Shown here piece by piece: positions 9,700 through 20,335 of a stretch of 32,000 nt of DNA (position 1 is its first letter; every line of letters begins with the position of its first letter). This DNA is from Wolbachia endosymbiont of Cimex lectularius. Lineage in GTDB: Bacteria; Pseudomonadota; Alphaproteobacteria; Rickettsiales; Anaplasmataceae. A program made the translations under genes and the position numbers. The notes under the pieces are model-generated. The model saw only the letters and a list, made by a program, of their open reading frames with translations. It was not told where the DNA came from and made no database searches. Location: assembly GCF_000829315.1 (NCBI RefSeq), contig NZ_AP013028.1, positions 390,001 through 422,000 of the forward strand, given 5' to 3'.

Positions 9700-12072
9700 T
9701 TAGCTATACCTCAAAACCCCTCCAGTATTTTCACGTACTAAGTTAACTATAGCACTTGATTCTTTTTGGATTTCCTCTTCGGTTAAAGTGTGAGTTGGAG
9801 AGCAGAAAGTAACTGATAATGCTATGGACATCTTGTTTGGTTCCATGCTATCTCCATGGTATACATCAAACACTAAAACCTCCGTGATGAGTTCTGAACT
9901 TTTTTTCACCATATTGATTATATTACCTGCTGCTACATCTTTATTTACAATAAACGCAAAGTCGCGTTTTACACTTTGATATTTATAATCGATAAATTTT
10001 TTTCTACTTACAGGTAAATTTCCGATATTTTCTAATATCAACTCAAAGCCTACAACTTTTTGCTTGATATCAAAAAAATCCAGTATGCTTGGATGTAGTT
10101 CCCCAAAATGACCAACTATTTTACTTCTAAAAGATAAGGTGCCTGATTTCCCTGGGTGGTAATATTCTTTTTCTGCTCTCTCTATCGTTAAATTATCACA
10201 ATTGACATTTAAGAATTCCAAAGCTGTTATAAGGTCAGCCTTTGCGTCAAAAACATCTATTTTCCTGTCAGTATTATAATGGTTTCTTGGCAAATTATTT
10301 CCTGACCTAATTCCACTTAAAACATATTTAGGCTGATTGAGACTATCGTACACTGGTCCAATTTCAAAAACTGCAAGGTCAGACGTTCCATGGGCAATAT
10401 TATCTGCGATGACTTGCAATAAATTTGGTATGATGCTTGGTCTCATTATATTGAAGTTGTTATTAAATGGATTATCGATGATAAACAACTTATCTGAGTA
10501 ACCAAACTTTTCAGCTGTTGATTCACTCATAAAAGACCAGGTGAATACTTCATGAAATCCTCTACTTGTCATTAAAATGCGCAAATCATCTTGAGCACTG
10601 GTTTCTGTCTCAATATTTCCTGTTAGTTGCTCTTCCTTTATTTTATCATAGCCATATATTCTCACTACCTCTTCAACTAGGTCAGCAGGTATGGCAACAT
10701 CTGGCCTCCAGCTTGGTACTTGTACACTCCAATTATTTTCAGTTTTCTTATCAATGCTGAACCCTAGTTTTGTTAAAATATCGAATGTCTCGTCAGGTGA
10801 TGCAGATACACTTCCAAACTTGTTTATGTCTTGATAATCGAAGTTCACTTTGGTGTCAGCCCTATCCAAACTGCCAGCAGACACCACACTTGAAGCTTCT
10901 CCACCACATAACTCTAAGATCATCTGAGTTGCAAGACTTAGTCCATCAAGGGTAAATCCAGGGTCAACTGAACGTGCAAATCTATAGCTTGAGTCTATGG
11001 AGATGCCGAGCTGCCTTGAAGATTTAGTAGTAGAGATAGGGTCAAACCAAGCAGACTCTAAAAAGATATCAGTAGTTTCAAGCGTACATTCGCTACACTT
11101 GCCACCTATAATTCCAGCAATTGCATGAATATTTTTATTATCAGAAATAACGCTTATGTCTTTGTTTAATAAGTATTCTTTATCGTTTAAACCAGTAAAT
11201 TTTTCTCCGCTATTTGCTTTGCGTACTACAAGCTCTCCCTCTATCTTTTTTGCATCATATGCGTGCATTGGGCGGCCAAAAGATATCATAATATAATTAG
11301 TAATATCAACTATTGCAGAAATACAGCGCATTCCTATCGACTCTAGCCTATCTTTTAGCCATTTTGGGCTCTCTTTATTTTTTACATTGGCAATGTATGT
11401 GCCACTAATAAAACTTTCTCCGTCAGTGACTTTGATATTTATAGGAGAATCCCTTTTTATCAAGGTAGCCAGTTGGATTCGAGTGTCACGCGCTGGAGTG
11501 ACACCAAAGCAAGTTAAAGCCTTTAGTGTCCCGATTCCGGTTGCTGCCAAATCGCGGGCTATTCCGTAAACGCCTAGGCAATCTCCACGGTTTGGAGTAA
11601 CGTTTATATCAATTACAGGATCACAATTGAAAAATTTATCTCCTACTTTATAATCATCAGAAAGCTCGATTATTCCTTCACTTTCTTCTTGTACCAGCGC
11701 GAGTTCAAAAGCAGAGCAGAGCATTCCTTCACTTAGCACTCCTCGTATTTTTACAGGCTTAATTGTAAAATCACTTTCTGGCAATGTGTTACCAAGAGAC
11801 GCGAGTACAGTTTTCATGCCTTCTCTGACGTTGTTTGCCCCGCAAACTATCTGCAGAACTTTACTTCCATCATCTACTTTACATAGTTTCAATTTATCAG
11901 CGTTTGGATGAGGTGCGACTTCTAATACTTTTGCAACAACAAATCCAGCCAACTTGGCATTGTCGATTACATCTTCTACTTCCAGTCCTATATGGGTTAA
12001 CTTATCGGTAATTTCTTCTAAACTAGCATTGGTTTCTAAGTGCTCTAGCAACCAAGATAATGTGAATTTCAT
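9700..12072 (-). CDS. pheT: phenylalanyl-tRNA synthetase beta subunit (ORF track start 12090; likely start [15 protein letters not shown])
   Basis: [11 protein letters not shown], tRNA-binding domain ([26 protein letters not shown]), [21 protein letters not shown]-terminal FDX-ACB region. Confidence 0.96.
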   Translation of the reverse strand: MKFTLSWLLEHLETNASLEEITDKLTHIGLEVEDVIDNAKLAGFVVAKVLEVAPHPNADKLKLCKVDDGSKVLQIVCGANNVREGMKTVLASLGNTLPESDFTIKPVKIRGVLSEGMLCSAFELALVQEESEGIIELSDDYKVGDKFFNCDPVIDINVTPNRGDCLGVYGIARDLAATGIGTLKALTCFGVTPARDTRIQLATLIKRDSPINIKVTDGESFISGTYIANVKNKESPKWLKDRLESIGMRCISAIVDITNYIMISFGRPMHAYDAKKIEGELVVRKANSGEKFTGLNDKEYLLNKDISVISDNKNIHAIAGIIGGKCSECTLETTDIFLESAWFDPISTTKSSRQLGISIDSSYRFARSVDPGFTLDGLSLATQMILELCGGEASSVVSAGSLDRADTKVNFDYQDINKFGSVSASPDETFDILTKLGFSIDKKTENNWSVQVPSWRPDVAIPADLVEEVVRIYGYDKIKEEQLTGNIETETSAQDDLRILMTSRGFHEVFTWSFMSESTAEKFGYSDKLFIIDNPFNNNFNIMRPSIIPNLLQVIADNIAHGTSDLAVFEIGPVYDSLNQPKYVLSGIRSGNNLPRNHYNTDRKIDVFDAKADLITALEFLNVNCDNLTIERAEKEYYHPGKSGTLSFRSKIVGHFGELHPSILDFFDIKQKVVGFELILENIGNLPVSRKKFIDYKYQSVKRDFAFIVNKDVAAGNIINMVKKSSELITEVLVFDVYHGDSMEPNKMSIALSVTFCSPTHTLTEEEIQKESSAIVNLVRENTGGVLRYS

Positions 12073-12184
12073 CGATCTAAAGAGAAACAAAAAAGCTATT
12101 GTAATATAAAATGTAGTGGTTTTAAAGTTTGTTGTAGTGGAATACTTCTACATCACGAGCAATGATGTAGAAACTGTTGTAATT

Positions 12185-12472
12185 TTATATATCCTTGCGT
12201 AGCGAATTTATCTTCCTCATATCACCTTTTAAATCCATCTCAATGTAGAGTTTAGTATTCATATTTTGGTCATCTATATGGAAGTTATAAATGTAAGTAT
12301 CAATAGTGAAGTTTCCTATCATCTGATGGCTTTCATCTAGTATTTCGCTTTCTATGTGGTAGTGGCCAGCGCCTTCGTTAAAGGAATGATTTGTCAATTT
12401 GATGTACCCGTTGCCTAATTCCTGTTCTAGGTTTAGAGGTTGATTAAAGTTGATAAAATCTATTTCATTCAT
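12185..12472 (-). CDS. hypothetical protein, 95 aa
   Basis: Intact ORF, no recognised domain. Confidence 0.5.
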   Translation of the reverse strand: MNEIDFINFNQPLNLEQELGNGYIKLTNHSFNEGAGHYHIESEILDESHQMIGNFTIDTYIYNFHIDDQNMNTKLYIEMDLKGDMRKINSLRKDI

Positions 12473-12622
12473 GATATACCTCGCTAAAAAATCAAATTAT
12501 AATGAAGGTAACATGTGAAGTCAAGTTATTTAACAACTCTAACTATGGATTAGGCAATGAGTTTAGGTAATTTTAATGTAAATCTTTTAATTCTTGTTCT
12601 TTATCCTCTATAATTAGACTTT

Positions 12623-13615
12623 TTGAATGAAGAAATGAAAATTCGTGTAGGGATTAACGGTCTTGGCAGAATAGGCAGAAGCGTATTGCGTGCTATTTTC
12701 GAAATAGAAAAATATAATAAGCAGATAGAAGTTGTGGCAGTGAATGGGTCACTCAGTGCTAAGCAGCATGCACATTTGATAAAGTATGATTCCGTTCATG
12801 GCAAATTCAATGGTGATGTTGATTATAACGAGTCTGAAAATTGGATTTCTATAAATGGCAGAAAATTTTCTCTATATAGAGAACGGAGCCATGAAAATAT
12901 CCCTTGGAATGTTGATGTAGTGCTTGAATGCACAGGTGCATTTAACAGATATGCGGAAGCAACAAGGCATAATGCGGCAAAAATAATTGTCTCTGCTCCA
13001 GTTTCAGATGCCGATGTAACTATAGTTTATGGTGCGAATAACGATATGCTCAAAAAAGAGCACAAAGTGATATCAGCTGGTTCTTGTACTACAAATTGTC
13101 TGGCTCCGGTTGTGCAGGTTTTACACTCCAACTTAGGTATAAAAAGCGGCTTCATGACTACTATACACGCCTATACGAATGATCAAAATATTCTCGACGG
13201 TAATCACAGGGACTTACGCAGGGCAAGGGCTTGTAGTTTATCTATGATACCAACAACAACTGGAGCAGCAAAAACAATTGGTTCTGTCATTCCTGAGTTA
13301 AAGGGAAAGCTAGATGGCACTGCCATCAGAGTTCCGGTTAGCAATGTTTCTCTGGTTGATTTTAAATTTACAACCGATAAGAGAGCAATAGCTGAAAAAA
13401 TAAATGAAATATTTGAGAATTCAACAAACGATGTGCTTTCCGTATGCAAGGAACCTTTAGTTTCAATAGACTTTGTTCATAACCCCTATAGTGCGATTGT
13501 AGATCTAGCCGGTACATACGTCACAGGTGATGTTTGTAGAGTTGCGGCGTGGTACGATAATGAATGGGCTTTTTCGCTAAGAATGTTAGACATAGCATTA
13601 TTGTGCTATATATAG
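12623..13615 (+). CDS. gap: type I glyceraldehyde-3-phosphate dehydrogenase
   Basis: IRVGINGLGRIGRSVLRA, ISAGSCTTNCLAPV, WYDNEWAFSLRMLD. Confidence 0.97.
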   Translation: MNEEMKIRVGINGLGRIGRSVLRAIFEIEKYNKQIEVVAVNGSLSAKQHAHLIKYDSVHGKFNGDVDYNESENWISINGRKFSLYRERSHENIPWNVDVVLECTGAFNRYAEATRHNAAKIIVSAPVSDADVTIVYGANNDMLKKEHKVISAGSCTTNCLAPVVQVLHSNLGIKSGFMTTIHAYTNDQNILDGNHRDLRRARACSLSMIPTTTGAAKTIGSVIPELKGKLDGTAIRVPVSNVSLVDFKFTTDKRAIAEKINEIFENSTNDVLSVCKEPLVSIDFVHNPYSAIVDLAGTYVTGDVCRVAAWYDNEWAFSLRMLDIALLCYI

Positions 13616-13618
13616 AGT

Positions 13619-14386
13619 ATGAATAAGAACCCAAACAAATATGCTTCATTTTATGAGCACTTTGCAGAACTCAGGAGAAGGGTTATTTTTTGCTTTCTAT
13701 TTTTTTGCATTGCTTTTGGTTTTTGCTACTACTTTAAAGAAAGCATATACCGTTTTTTACTTGCACCTTTAATAGAAGTTACAAAAGATAGCGATGATTT
13801 TTCTCTAATCTATACAGACTTAACAGAGGCGTTTTTTGTATACCTCAGAGTTGCAGTAATGAGCGCGCTTTTGTTTTCTTTTCCCGTGTTTGCATGGCAA
13901 TTTTATATGTTTTTAGCACCTGGCTTATACAAAAGCGAAAGGGCAGTGCTGTTGCCATACTTGATTGCAACGCCAGTTTTGTTTATAACGGGAGCCGCGG
14001 TAGTTTATTACTACATATTTCCTTTAGCCTGGAAGTTTTTTATAGCTTTCGAACATAGCGGCAAATCTTTCGGTATACCAATAGAGTTTATGCCATCAGT
14101 CAGTGAATATTTAGACCTTGTTCTCCAATTCATGTTTGCGTTTGGTACTGCATTTCAAATTCCAGTCATACTCACGTTAATGGTCAGAGTTGGGCTGCTT
14201 ACCGCGCAAAGTTTGTCAAACAAACGCAGGATCGCGATAGTGGTAATTTTTATTATTGCTGCAATCTTAACTCCTCCTGATGTATTGAGCCAAGTAGGGC
14301 TTGCTGTACCAATGTTGATTCTATACGAATTGTCCATTTTAGTTTGCAGATATATTGAGAAGAAGAAAACAAAGAGTAATGCTTGA
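13619..14386 (+). CDS. tatC: twin-arginine translocase subunit TatC
   Basis: FYEHFAELRRRVIFCFLFF, multiple TM segments, AAILTPPDVLSQVGLAVPMLILYELSI. Confidence 0.96.
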   Translation: MNKNPNKYASFYEHFAELRRRVIFCFLFFCIAFGFCYYFKESIYRFLLAPLIEVTKDSDDFSLIYTDLTEAFFVYLRVAVMSALLFSFPVFAWQFYMFLAPGLYKSERAVLLPYLIATPVLFITGAAVVYYYIFPLAWKFFIAFEHSGKSFGIPIEFMPSVSEYLDLVLQFMFAFGTAFQIPVILTLMVRVGLLTAQSLSNKRRIAIVVIFIIAAILTPPDVLSQVGLAVPMLILYELSILVCRYIEKKKTKSNA

Positions 14387-14439
14387 CGTTTGCATAACCA
14401 TATAGTTTTTAACAGCGCACTAGGCATATTATCCAGAAA

Positions 14440-14914
14440 CAAAAAACTGCTTGACAACCTTCACCAGTTCTATTATCATAAGGTTAGAGGTATTTAGTTA
14501 TCTTCATCTGTGCAGATTAAACGATAAGAGTATTAAGGTTGGCGTCTTATGTTTAATTTTTTGCACTATGTGCACCTTATGTCTTTATTAGTTTTACCTA
14601 GACTTCTAGGTTTTTCCTTACACAGCTGAAACGCGCTTATAAGTCGTTTAAGACAGTATAGAACGTCAAATAGACAAGGGAAAATTTGAATACTAGCTGC
14701 TCTAGGTTTCTTTTGCCTTTTTTTCCGCTCAGTAAAATTCTTAACGTTTACAGTTTTGGTTATTTGCATTTAAAAGTAGCTGAATCGTAGCGCTGAAAAT
14801 AAAAACGCCGATATTTGAGGTACATATAAATAATTAGCCACCGACCGGGGCTTCTTTTGCTTTTTTCTCACTTGGTAAATTTCTTAAATATTTATGACTA
14901 AAGTAGCGTCCTGA
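14440..14914 (-). repeat. ~450-bp interspersed repeat, copy 1 (inverted relative to copies 2 and 3)
   Basis: Shares e.g. CCGGTCGGTGGCTAATTATTTATATGTACCTCAAATATCGGCGTTTTTAT (as reverse complement, one G/C-rich site varied), GACGTTCTATACTGTCTTAAACGACTTATAA, GTGCACATAGTGCAAAAA. Confidence 0.88.
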
Positions 14915-15148
14915 GTCCCAGTGCCAGCTACTTGGATGACACCATAGACCTGTCATTCCAGCGCGTGACGCATAGCTGTACGAACATTAATTATGGAAAA
15001 GAAAAAAGATACTATCTACGATAGATAAATATATCTGTAGACAATTAAATGTATTTTTATACAGCCCCTTCTCCTGATCCATTTTCTTTATTGAAAAATT
15101 AAAAGAAATGTTGTATACTAACTACAGTAATAGACTTCAGTAAAGCAT

Positions 15149-15370
15149 ATGGCAAACTCAGGGATTAACATAGCTCTTGATCGCAAAACTTCACACCACC
15201 TTGCTAGACTAGCTGAAGTTACCAAGGAGCCTATCCAAAAATTAGCAAAAAGGCTAATTGTAGAAGGAATAGAGTGTGAGATAGAGGAGATTGCATTAGC
15301 TGATATTGTTAAGGAATGTAAAGCTCCAGGCGCAGAAACAATTAAGTATGAAGACTTCGAACAGGAGTGA
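15149..15370 (+). CDS. antitoxin (locus B)
   Basis: MANSGINIALDRKTSHHLARLAEVTKEPIQKLAKRLIVEGIECEIEEI; conserved upstream module. Confidence 0.75.
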   Translation: MANSGINIALDRKTSHHLARLAEVTKEPIQKLAKRLIVEGIECEIEEIALADIVKECKAPGAETIKYEDFEQE

Positions 15371-15558
15371 AGTATTTACAAAATTGAGCTTTCAAAGAGG
15401 TATGCTAAAAAGGATTTTCCAGCTCTGCCAGAAGAAACAAAATCTGCTATTAAAAAGCTATAGAAGAGGAGCTCAAAGTTAAACCAACCAAAGTCGGTAA
15501 ACCATTACGTGGTAAATTACGAGGATATAGAAGACTAAAATTCGATAAATATCAACTG

Positions 15559-16940
15559 TGTTTTTTAAAAATTTTTTATTTGTGTGATTTTGCAACTTTA
15601 CCCAGTCATATGGGCAATAAAAACCCGCTTGTCATAGAAATAGATTTTATATCAGACAGCTACCACAGCAATTTTTACTTAAGCCAATGAATATGTGAAT
15701 AAGTACTTTAAGTCTGTGTGAACGTACTTATTCACAATATTCATTGCAGTTACTGCTGTGTAAATTTTTAAATGTTCAAATTAATTGCTTCTTTAAGTCT
15801 GGAATTGGCAATAACTATAATTTTACACATAAGTGCAGTAAGTGCTACCATTTTTCTTTTACCATTATCAACAAGCTTGCAATAAAAGGCGGCAAGCTCA
15901 GACTTGGAGTTCCTAGCAGCCATAGAGCTGTAAAAAGCTTTGAACGAACGTTACTTCTACCACCTGTAATCTTCCGGTAACCAATAGCTTTGCCACTTTC
16001 CTTGGGATGAGGTGCAACACCTGCAAGACTTGCAACTTGCTTTTTGTTTAAAGAACCAAGTTCTGGTATAAGGCATAATAAACATTGAGAGGTTTTTCTA
16101 CCAATTCCAGGAACTGTTTCAAGAATCTTTTGGCATCGTTGTAATTCAGGATTTTCATTGACTATTTTTTGTATAGCTTGGTCGAGATTTTTTACCTGAT
16201 TGTTAAGGAACTCAATAGTGTGTTGACAACTTTCCTTGATGTAATCATTTTCAGGAGTTTTTAGCCTATTTTTTTCTTGAACAAGCATTTTTGTGATATC
16301 GTCACGACGTTGACAGAGTGCGAACAAGGTGGTTTGCTCTTTTTAGATAGGTGTAAATAGCTGCAAATGTCTATAACGCTCAGAACCATATTGAGCAAGC
16401 GCTTTTGCATCCAGATTGTCAGTCTTTGCCAAAGTTCCATGAGATAGAATGAAGTTTTTAACTTGACGAGTATTAGCACGGTGTACAGCAATATTTCTGT
16501 CAATAAGAAAATACAATAAGCCAAGCTCATAACCTCCTGTAGCTTCCAAGATTACCATGGAATTAGGTAGGATATCTGAAAATTTCTGGTAGAATTGCTT
16601 CCAACCAGCACAATTATTGTCAAACTTGATGACACCTTTTTGTTCATTAACTGCAGTAACGAATTCAAGTTTTCCGATATCAATGCCAATAAAATTTTGA
16701 TAAGATGTAATCATAAAGAACCTCGAGAGTTTAAGTTAAAATTTAAGATTGTAAACGGGTGCATATGTATGTCCCAAACAACTATTCAAACGTCTCGAAG
16801 GATAGGCTTGAGTACCTTGATATCTACATATGTGTAATACTACTTGTCTTACGGTCGCTCAAGCCTGTGATAACCACATTTTTATAGGTTATCTTCCTTC
16901 TTGCTTCTTTTATATCACATTTCCAACTTACAACCGTCTT
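15559..16940 (-). mobile_element. IS110-type element copy B, 1382 bp
   Basis: Same sequence as copy A in inverse orientation; boundaries defined by in-frame rejoining of the toxin gene. Confidence 0.95.
15775..16714 (-). pseudogene. IS110-type transposase copy B with the same in-frame stop and frameshift as copy A
   Basis: ORF pieces 16343..16714 and 15845..16327 translate identically to copy A. Confidence 0.85.
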
Positions 16941-17146
16941 ATCTATCATGTGAATATTTCAAAACGCAAAGTACTTCTCGTTACAGCAGGACATAGAGAT
17001 AACATTTATAACCAGGCAGGATTGTTAGATTTACTACCAAAACTTTAAATATATTTTTATACACCACTTTCCCTGATCCATTTTCTTTATTGAAAATTAA
17101 AAAAGATGCTGTATACTAATCATAGTAGTAGATTTTGGTAAAACCT

Positions 17147-17362
17147 GTGGCAAATGCTAACATAGCTTTCAGTAAAGAAACCTCACAACACTTTGCTAAA
17201 CTAGTTGAGCTCACTAAGCAGCCCGCTCAAGAACTAGCAGAAAGGCTATTCAAAAAAGCAATAGAGCGTGAAGAGGAAGATTTCTTATTATCTGTGGTTG
17301 CTAACGAGTACGATGTTGATGGTGTGGAAGAAATAGAAGATAGTGAAGAAATTTGGAAATAA
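17147..17362 (+). CDS. antitoxin (locus C)
   Basis: ANANIAFSKETSQHFAKLVELTKQPAQELAERLFKKAIEREEEDFLL; nearly identical N-terminus to locus A. Confidence 0.8.
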   Translation: MANANIAFSKETSQHFAKLVELTKQPAQELAERLFKKAIEREEEDFLLSVVANEYDVDGVEEIEDSEEIWK

Positions 17363-17657
17363 ACTATATACCATAAAACACCTTGAGCATGTTTGTAAGA
17401 AACATATACCAACCTTACCAGAAACTATAAAAAAAAGAATTAAAAAAGCAATAAGGGAGCGACTTACAGTTGATCCAATCAAACTTGGTAAACCATTACA
17501 TTACGGCTTTAAAGGACACAGAAGGTTAAGGGTTGGTACTTATCGTATCATATATCGCGTAAACATTGCAGAATATAAAGTGATTACTGTTGCAATAGGA
17601 CACAGAGACACCATTTACGAAGAGGCTCTGAAAATAATCAATAAATATTTTCAATAA
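17343..17657 (+). CDS. ParE/RelE-like toxin (locus C)
   Basis: LPETIKKRIKKAIRERLTVDPIKLGKPLHYGFKGHRRLRVGTYRIIYRVNIAEYKVITVAIGHRDTIYEEALKIINKYF; overlaps antitoxin. Confidence 0.85.
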   Translation: MKKFGNKLYTIKHLEHVCKKHIPTLPETIKKRIKKAIRERLTVDPIKLGKPLHYGFKGHRRLRVGTYRIIYRVNIAEYKVITVAIGHRDTIYEEALKIINKYFQ

Positions 17658-17794
17658 CACATTTTCTATCAAGTCAAATTATACTGTAGAGACTATATAT
17701 TTTTATACAGCTCCTTTTCCTGATCCATTCTCCATCTTAGGCGGCTTTGCTCAGCTCAAAAAATTGAGACTTTTTGGACCTTATATACTATTTA

Positions 17795-18654
17795 GAACCT
17801 GTTTAAAATCTTGGAAATGTGAGGTAAAGTAAGCATAGATTAATAATGAGGTGTCTATGCAGAAAAGTTATCCAAGTAATATAAGTCAAGAGCAGTTTGA
17901 AAAAATCAGGCCAATTTTGGAGAGTAGCAAGCAGAAAACAAAACCAAGAAAACTTGATTTGTATGACGTATTTTGTGGGGTGTTGTACGTCTTAAAAAGT
18001 GGTTGTCAGTGGAGGATGTTACCAAAGGGTTTTCCAAGATGGGAAAGCGTATATTACTATTTTCGAGTGTGGAGTAAAAAGAGTGGAGAAGAGCCAAGCT
18101 TGTTGGAATTAGTCTTAAAAAAAATTAGTTGGAGAGGTCCGTATCAGCAATGGTCGGAAAGAGAAAACTAGCTTTTGTATAATTGATTCTCAAAGCGTTA
18201 AAAACGCAGATACTGCTGAAAAAAAAGGCTATGATGCAGGTAAAAAGATTTCAGGGATAAAGCGCCATATTGCAGTTGATACACAAGGTTTGCCACATGC
18301 AATTTATGTAACAACGGCAGAAGCAACTGACCGTAGCAGTGCTGTGAAAATGGTCGAAAATGCTAAAGCAAACCTCTCTGAAGTTAAAAACATACTGGTT
18401 GATGCTGGCTACACAGGAGAAAATTTTGCAACACAAATAAAAGCTATCATTGGTGCGACTGTTGAAGTAATAAAGCGAAGTGAGTTACACACTTTCGTCG
18501 TATTGCCAAAAAGATGGGTTGTTGAACGCTCTTTTGCCTGGTTAGAAAAGTGCAGGCGATTGTGGAAAAATTGCGAGCGGAAGCTCAACGCTAGCTTACA
18601 GATGATAGTCCTCTCCTTCATTTCTCTCCTGTTACGAAGATTTTAAACAGGTTC
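17795..18654 (+). mobile_element. IS5-type element, 860 bp, two overlapping-frame ORFs
   Basis: GAACCTG...CAGGTTC ends, TTA duplicated at 17792-17794 and 18655-18657; ORF1 17851..18171; second frame carries IIDSQSVKNADTAEKKGYDAGKKISGIKRHIAVDTQG. Confidence 0.95.
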
Positions 18655-18884
18655 TTAGATTAATACAGTTTTTTTGGCATCCATTTAGTAAGAAAATAAC
18701 TAATAAATTCAGTTGCTTATAGTAACTAATTAGAGCTTTTCTTAAGGAGAGCGCGCAGCGAATCATGTGGTTATAACAATTGAAAATGAAAAAGTGTGGA
18801 GATGAGTTTTTGCCATATTATATAAAATCCTTGACTTTATACTGTCAATCATGTAACATTAAGTAAAAATTAAGCGATGGAAAT

Positions 18885-19670
18885 ATGCTTGGCAATCAGG
18901 AAGAGGAATTACAAAATAGACTAACTAGACTAGATAGAAGAGCAAATGATATTATAGATCATCCAAATAAAATAAAACGTACGTTCAATAAAATAATATG
19001 TTACTTTATTTACATTACTTTCTTATGTACAATATTTTTTGTCGTATTGCCTATAGCAATCCTTTTAGGGTTAATATCTCGTTTATTGAGATTACAGCCT
19101 AATGAGGCAGATCTAAGGCCGTTAGCTATAGTAAAGAAAGTAATAAATACAATTTTTACTATTATAGTATTTTTACCTATCCTACTGTTTCTTATTCTTA
19201 CTTCTCCATTATTATTGTGTTTTGCTCTTGTAAATTACTCAGAACTAAGAGAGTTGATAGGCGTCATGCGTGAGGTTCAGCAACTTATTGCTCACAATTT
19301 TCACGTGTTTGCCGGCAGTCAAAGTACCCATGATACACAAGTAAATGACCATATTAAATCAGCTATTGATAATTTAGTTAAAAAGTATGGCATACCTTCA
19401 GAAAGTTTTGACGAGACCCTTTTAACGTATGTCAAAGAGATAAAAGATTTTCCCATTAATGTATCCTCTAAGGAGATTGCTGAAAAAATCATGCAAAACC
19501 AACTAATACAAGCACTAAGTCAGCATAACTCAACAGAATTTACGAAAGTTTTGATTGAGGCAATAGAAGAAGCAAAGAGTAATAATTCTTCTTTAAGAGT
19601 GCATGGAGTGGATTTTTCTAGCAGAAAAATTATCAATGAAATTAAGGAAGAGAAGAGAAGAAAAGATTAG
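18885..19670 (+). CDS. hypothetical membrane protein, 261 aa
   Basis: Two strongly hydrophobic segments (ICYFIYITFLCTIFFVVLPIAILLGLI; TIFTIIVFLPILLFLILTSPLLLCFALV) and charged C-term. Confidence 0.6.
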   Translation: MLGNQEEELQNRLTRLDRRANDIIDHPNKIKRTFNKIICYFIYITFLCTIFFVVLPIAILLGLISRLLRLQPNEADLRPLAIVKKVINTIFTIIVFLPILLFLILTSPLLLCFALVNYSELRELIGVMREVQQLIAHNFHVFAGSQSTHDTQVNDHIKSAIDNLVKKYGIPSESFDETLLTYVKEIKDFPINVSSKEIAEKIMQNQLIQALSQHNSTEFTKVLIEAIEEAKSNNSSLRVHGVDFSSRKIINEIKEEKRRKD

Positions 19671-19699
19671 TGGTTAAATGCTTAGAACGTATAAAGCAA

Positions 19700-20310
19700 A
19701 ACAACGATACACGCCATAATTTAACACTAAGACAAGCTATTAATTTAGTGATGAAGGCCCTTGAAGATGTCTCAAGCAAAGTGACGAAGAAAGAAAAACT
19801 ACGTTAATAATACACTTACTCGACATTCAAACGACCTATGACGGTAATCAGGAAGCATGTTTTGTTGGTAGTTTTAATAAAATTATAGAAGTATTAGATC
19901 ATGTACATCCTCTTGTTGCAACACCTTCAGGTAGTGATAGAATAAAACAGGTAGTGGCATATAAAGCTCCAATAATAGTTAATGGACTTTTCGAAGAGCA
20001 ATCTGAAACCGATAAAGAAGCTATAAAAGAGTGTTGGGGCGATGACGAAAAAGCTGATGATGCCAACAAAATTTATGTTAAATTTTTAGAAGAGGTAAAG
20101 CAAGAGGTTAAAAAGAGATTAAGTGAAGAATTCACAGAAATATCAGACTATATAGAAAAAGAGGTTGTAGAAAATCTTAAGTATGTAGAGTTACTATCTC
20201 TTAATTTAACAAATACATCTTTAACAAATATATCTATAGACTACGATCATAAGCAAGAAATGCGAAAAAAATATCAGATAGAAGTTAAAGGTTCCGAAAT
20301 AAGCATATAA
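19700..20310 (+). pseudogene. probable decayed hypothetical gene
   Basis: INLVMKALEDVSSKVTKKEKLR* continues in another frame as KTTLIIHLLDIQTTYDGNQEACFVGSFNKIIEVLDHVHPLVATPSGSDRIKQVVAYKAPIIVNGLFEEQ... to 20310, suggesting a frameshift near 19795-19805. Confidence 0.6.
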
Positions 20311-20335
20311 TAAATGATATAGGGTATGCAGCAAT

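Larger units (their letters stand above)
15377..17048 (+). pseudogene. ParE/RelE-like toxin (locus B), split by IS110 copy B and frameshifted
   Basis: 5' part to 15558 (...KPLRGKLRGYRRLKFDKYQL) and 3' part 16941..17048 (IYHVNISKRKVLLVTAGHRDNIYNQAGLLDLLPKL*) join in frame; one A missing in ATTAAAAAGCTATAG near 15452. Confidence 0.88.

Noticed and set aside
10566-11569. Small plus-strand ORFs inside pheT
   Set aside because: Antisense to a well-supported 790-aa synthetase.
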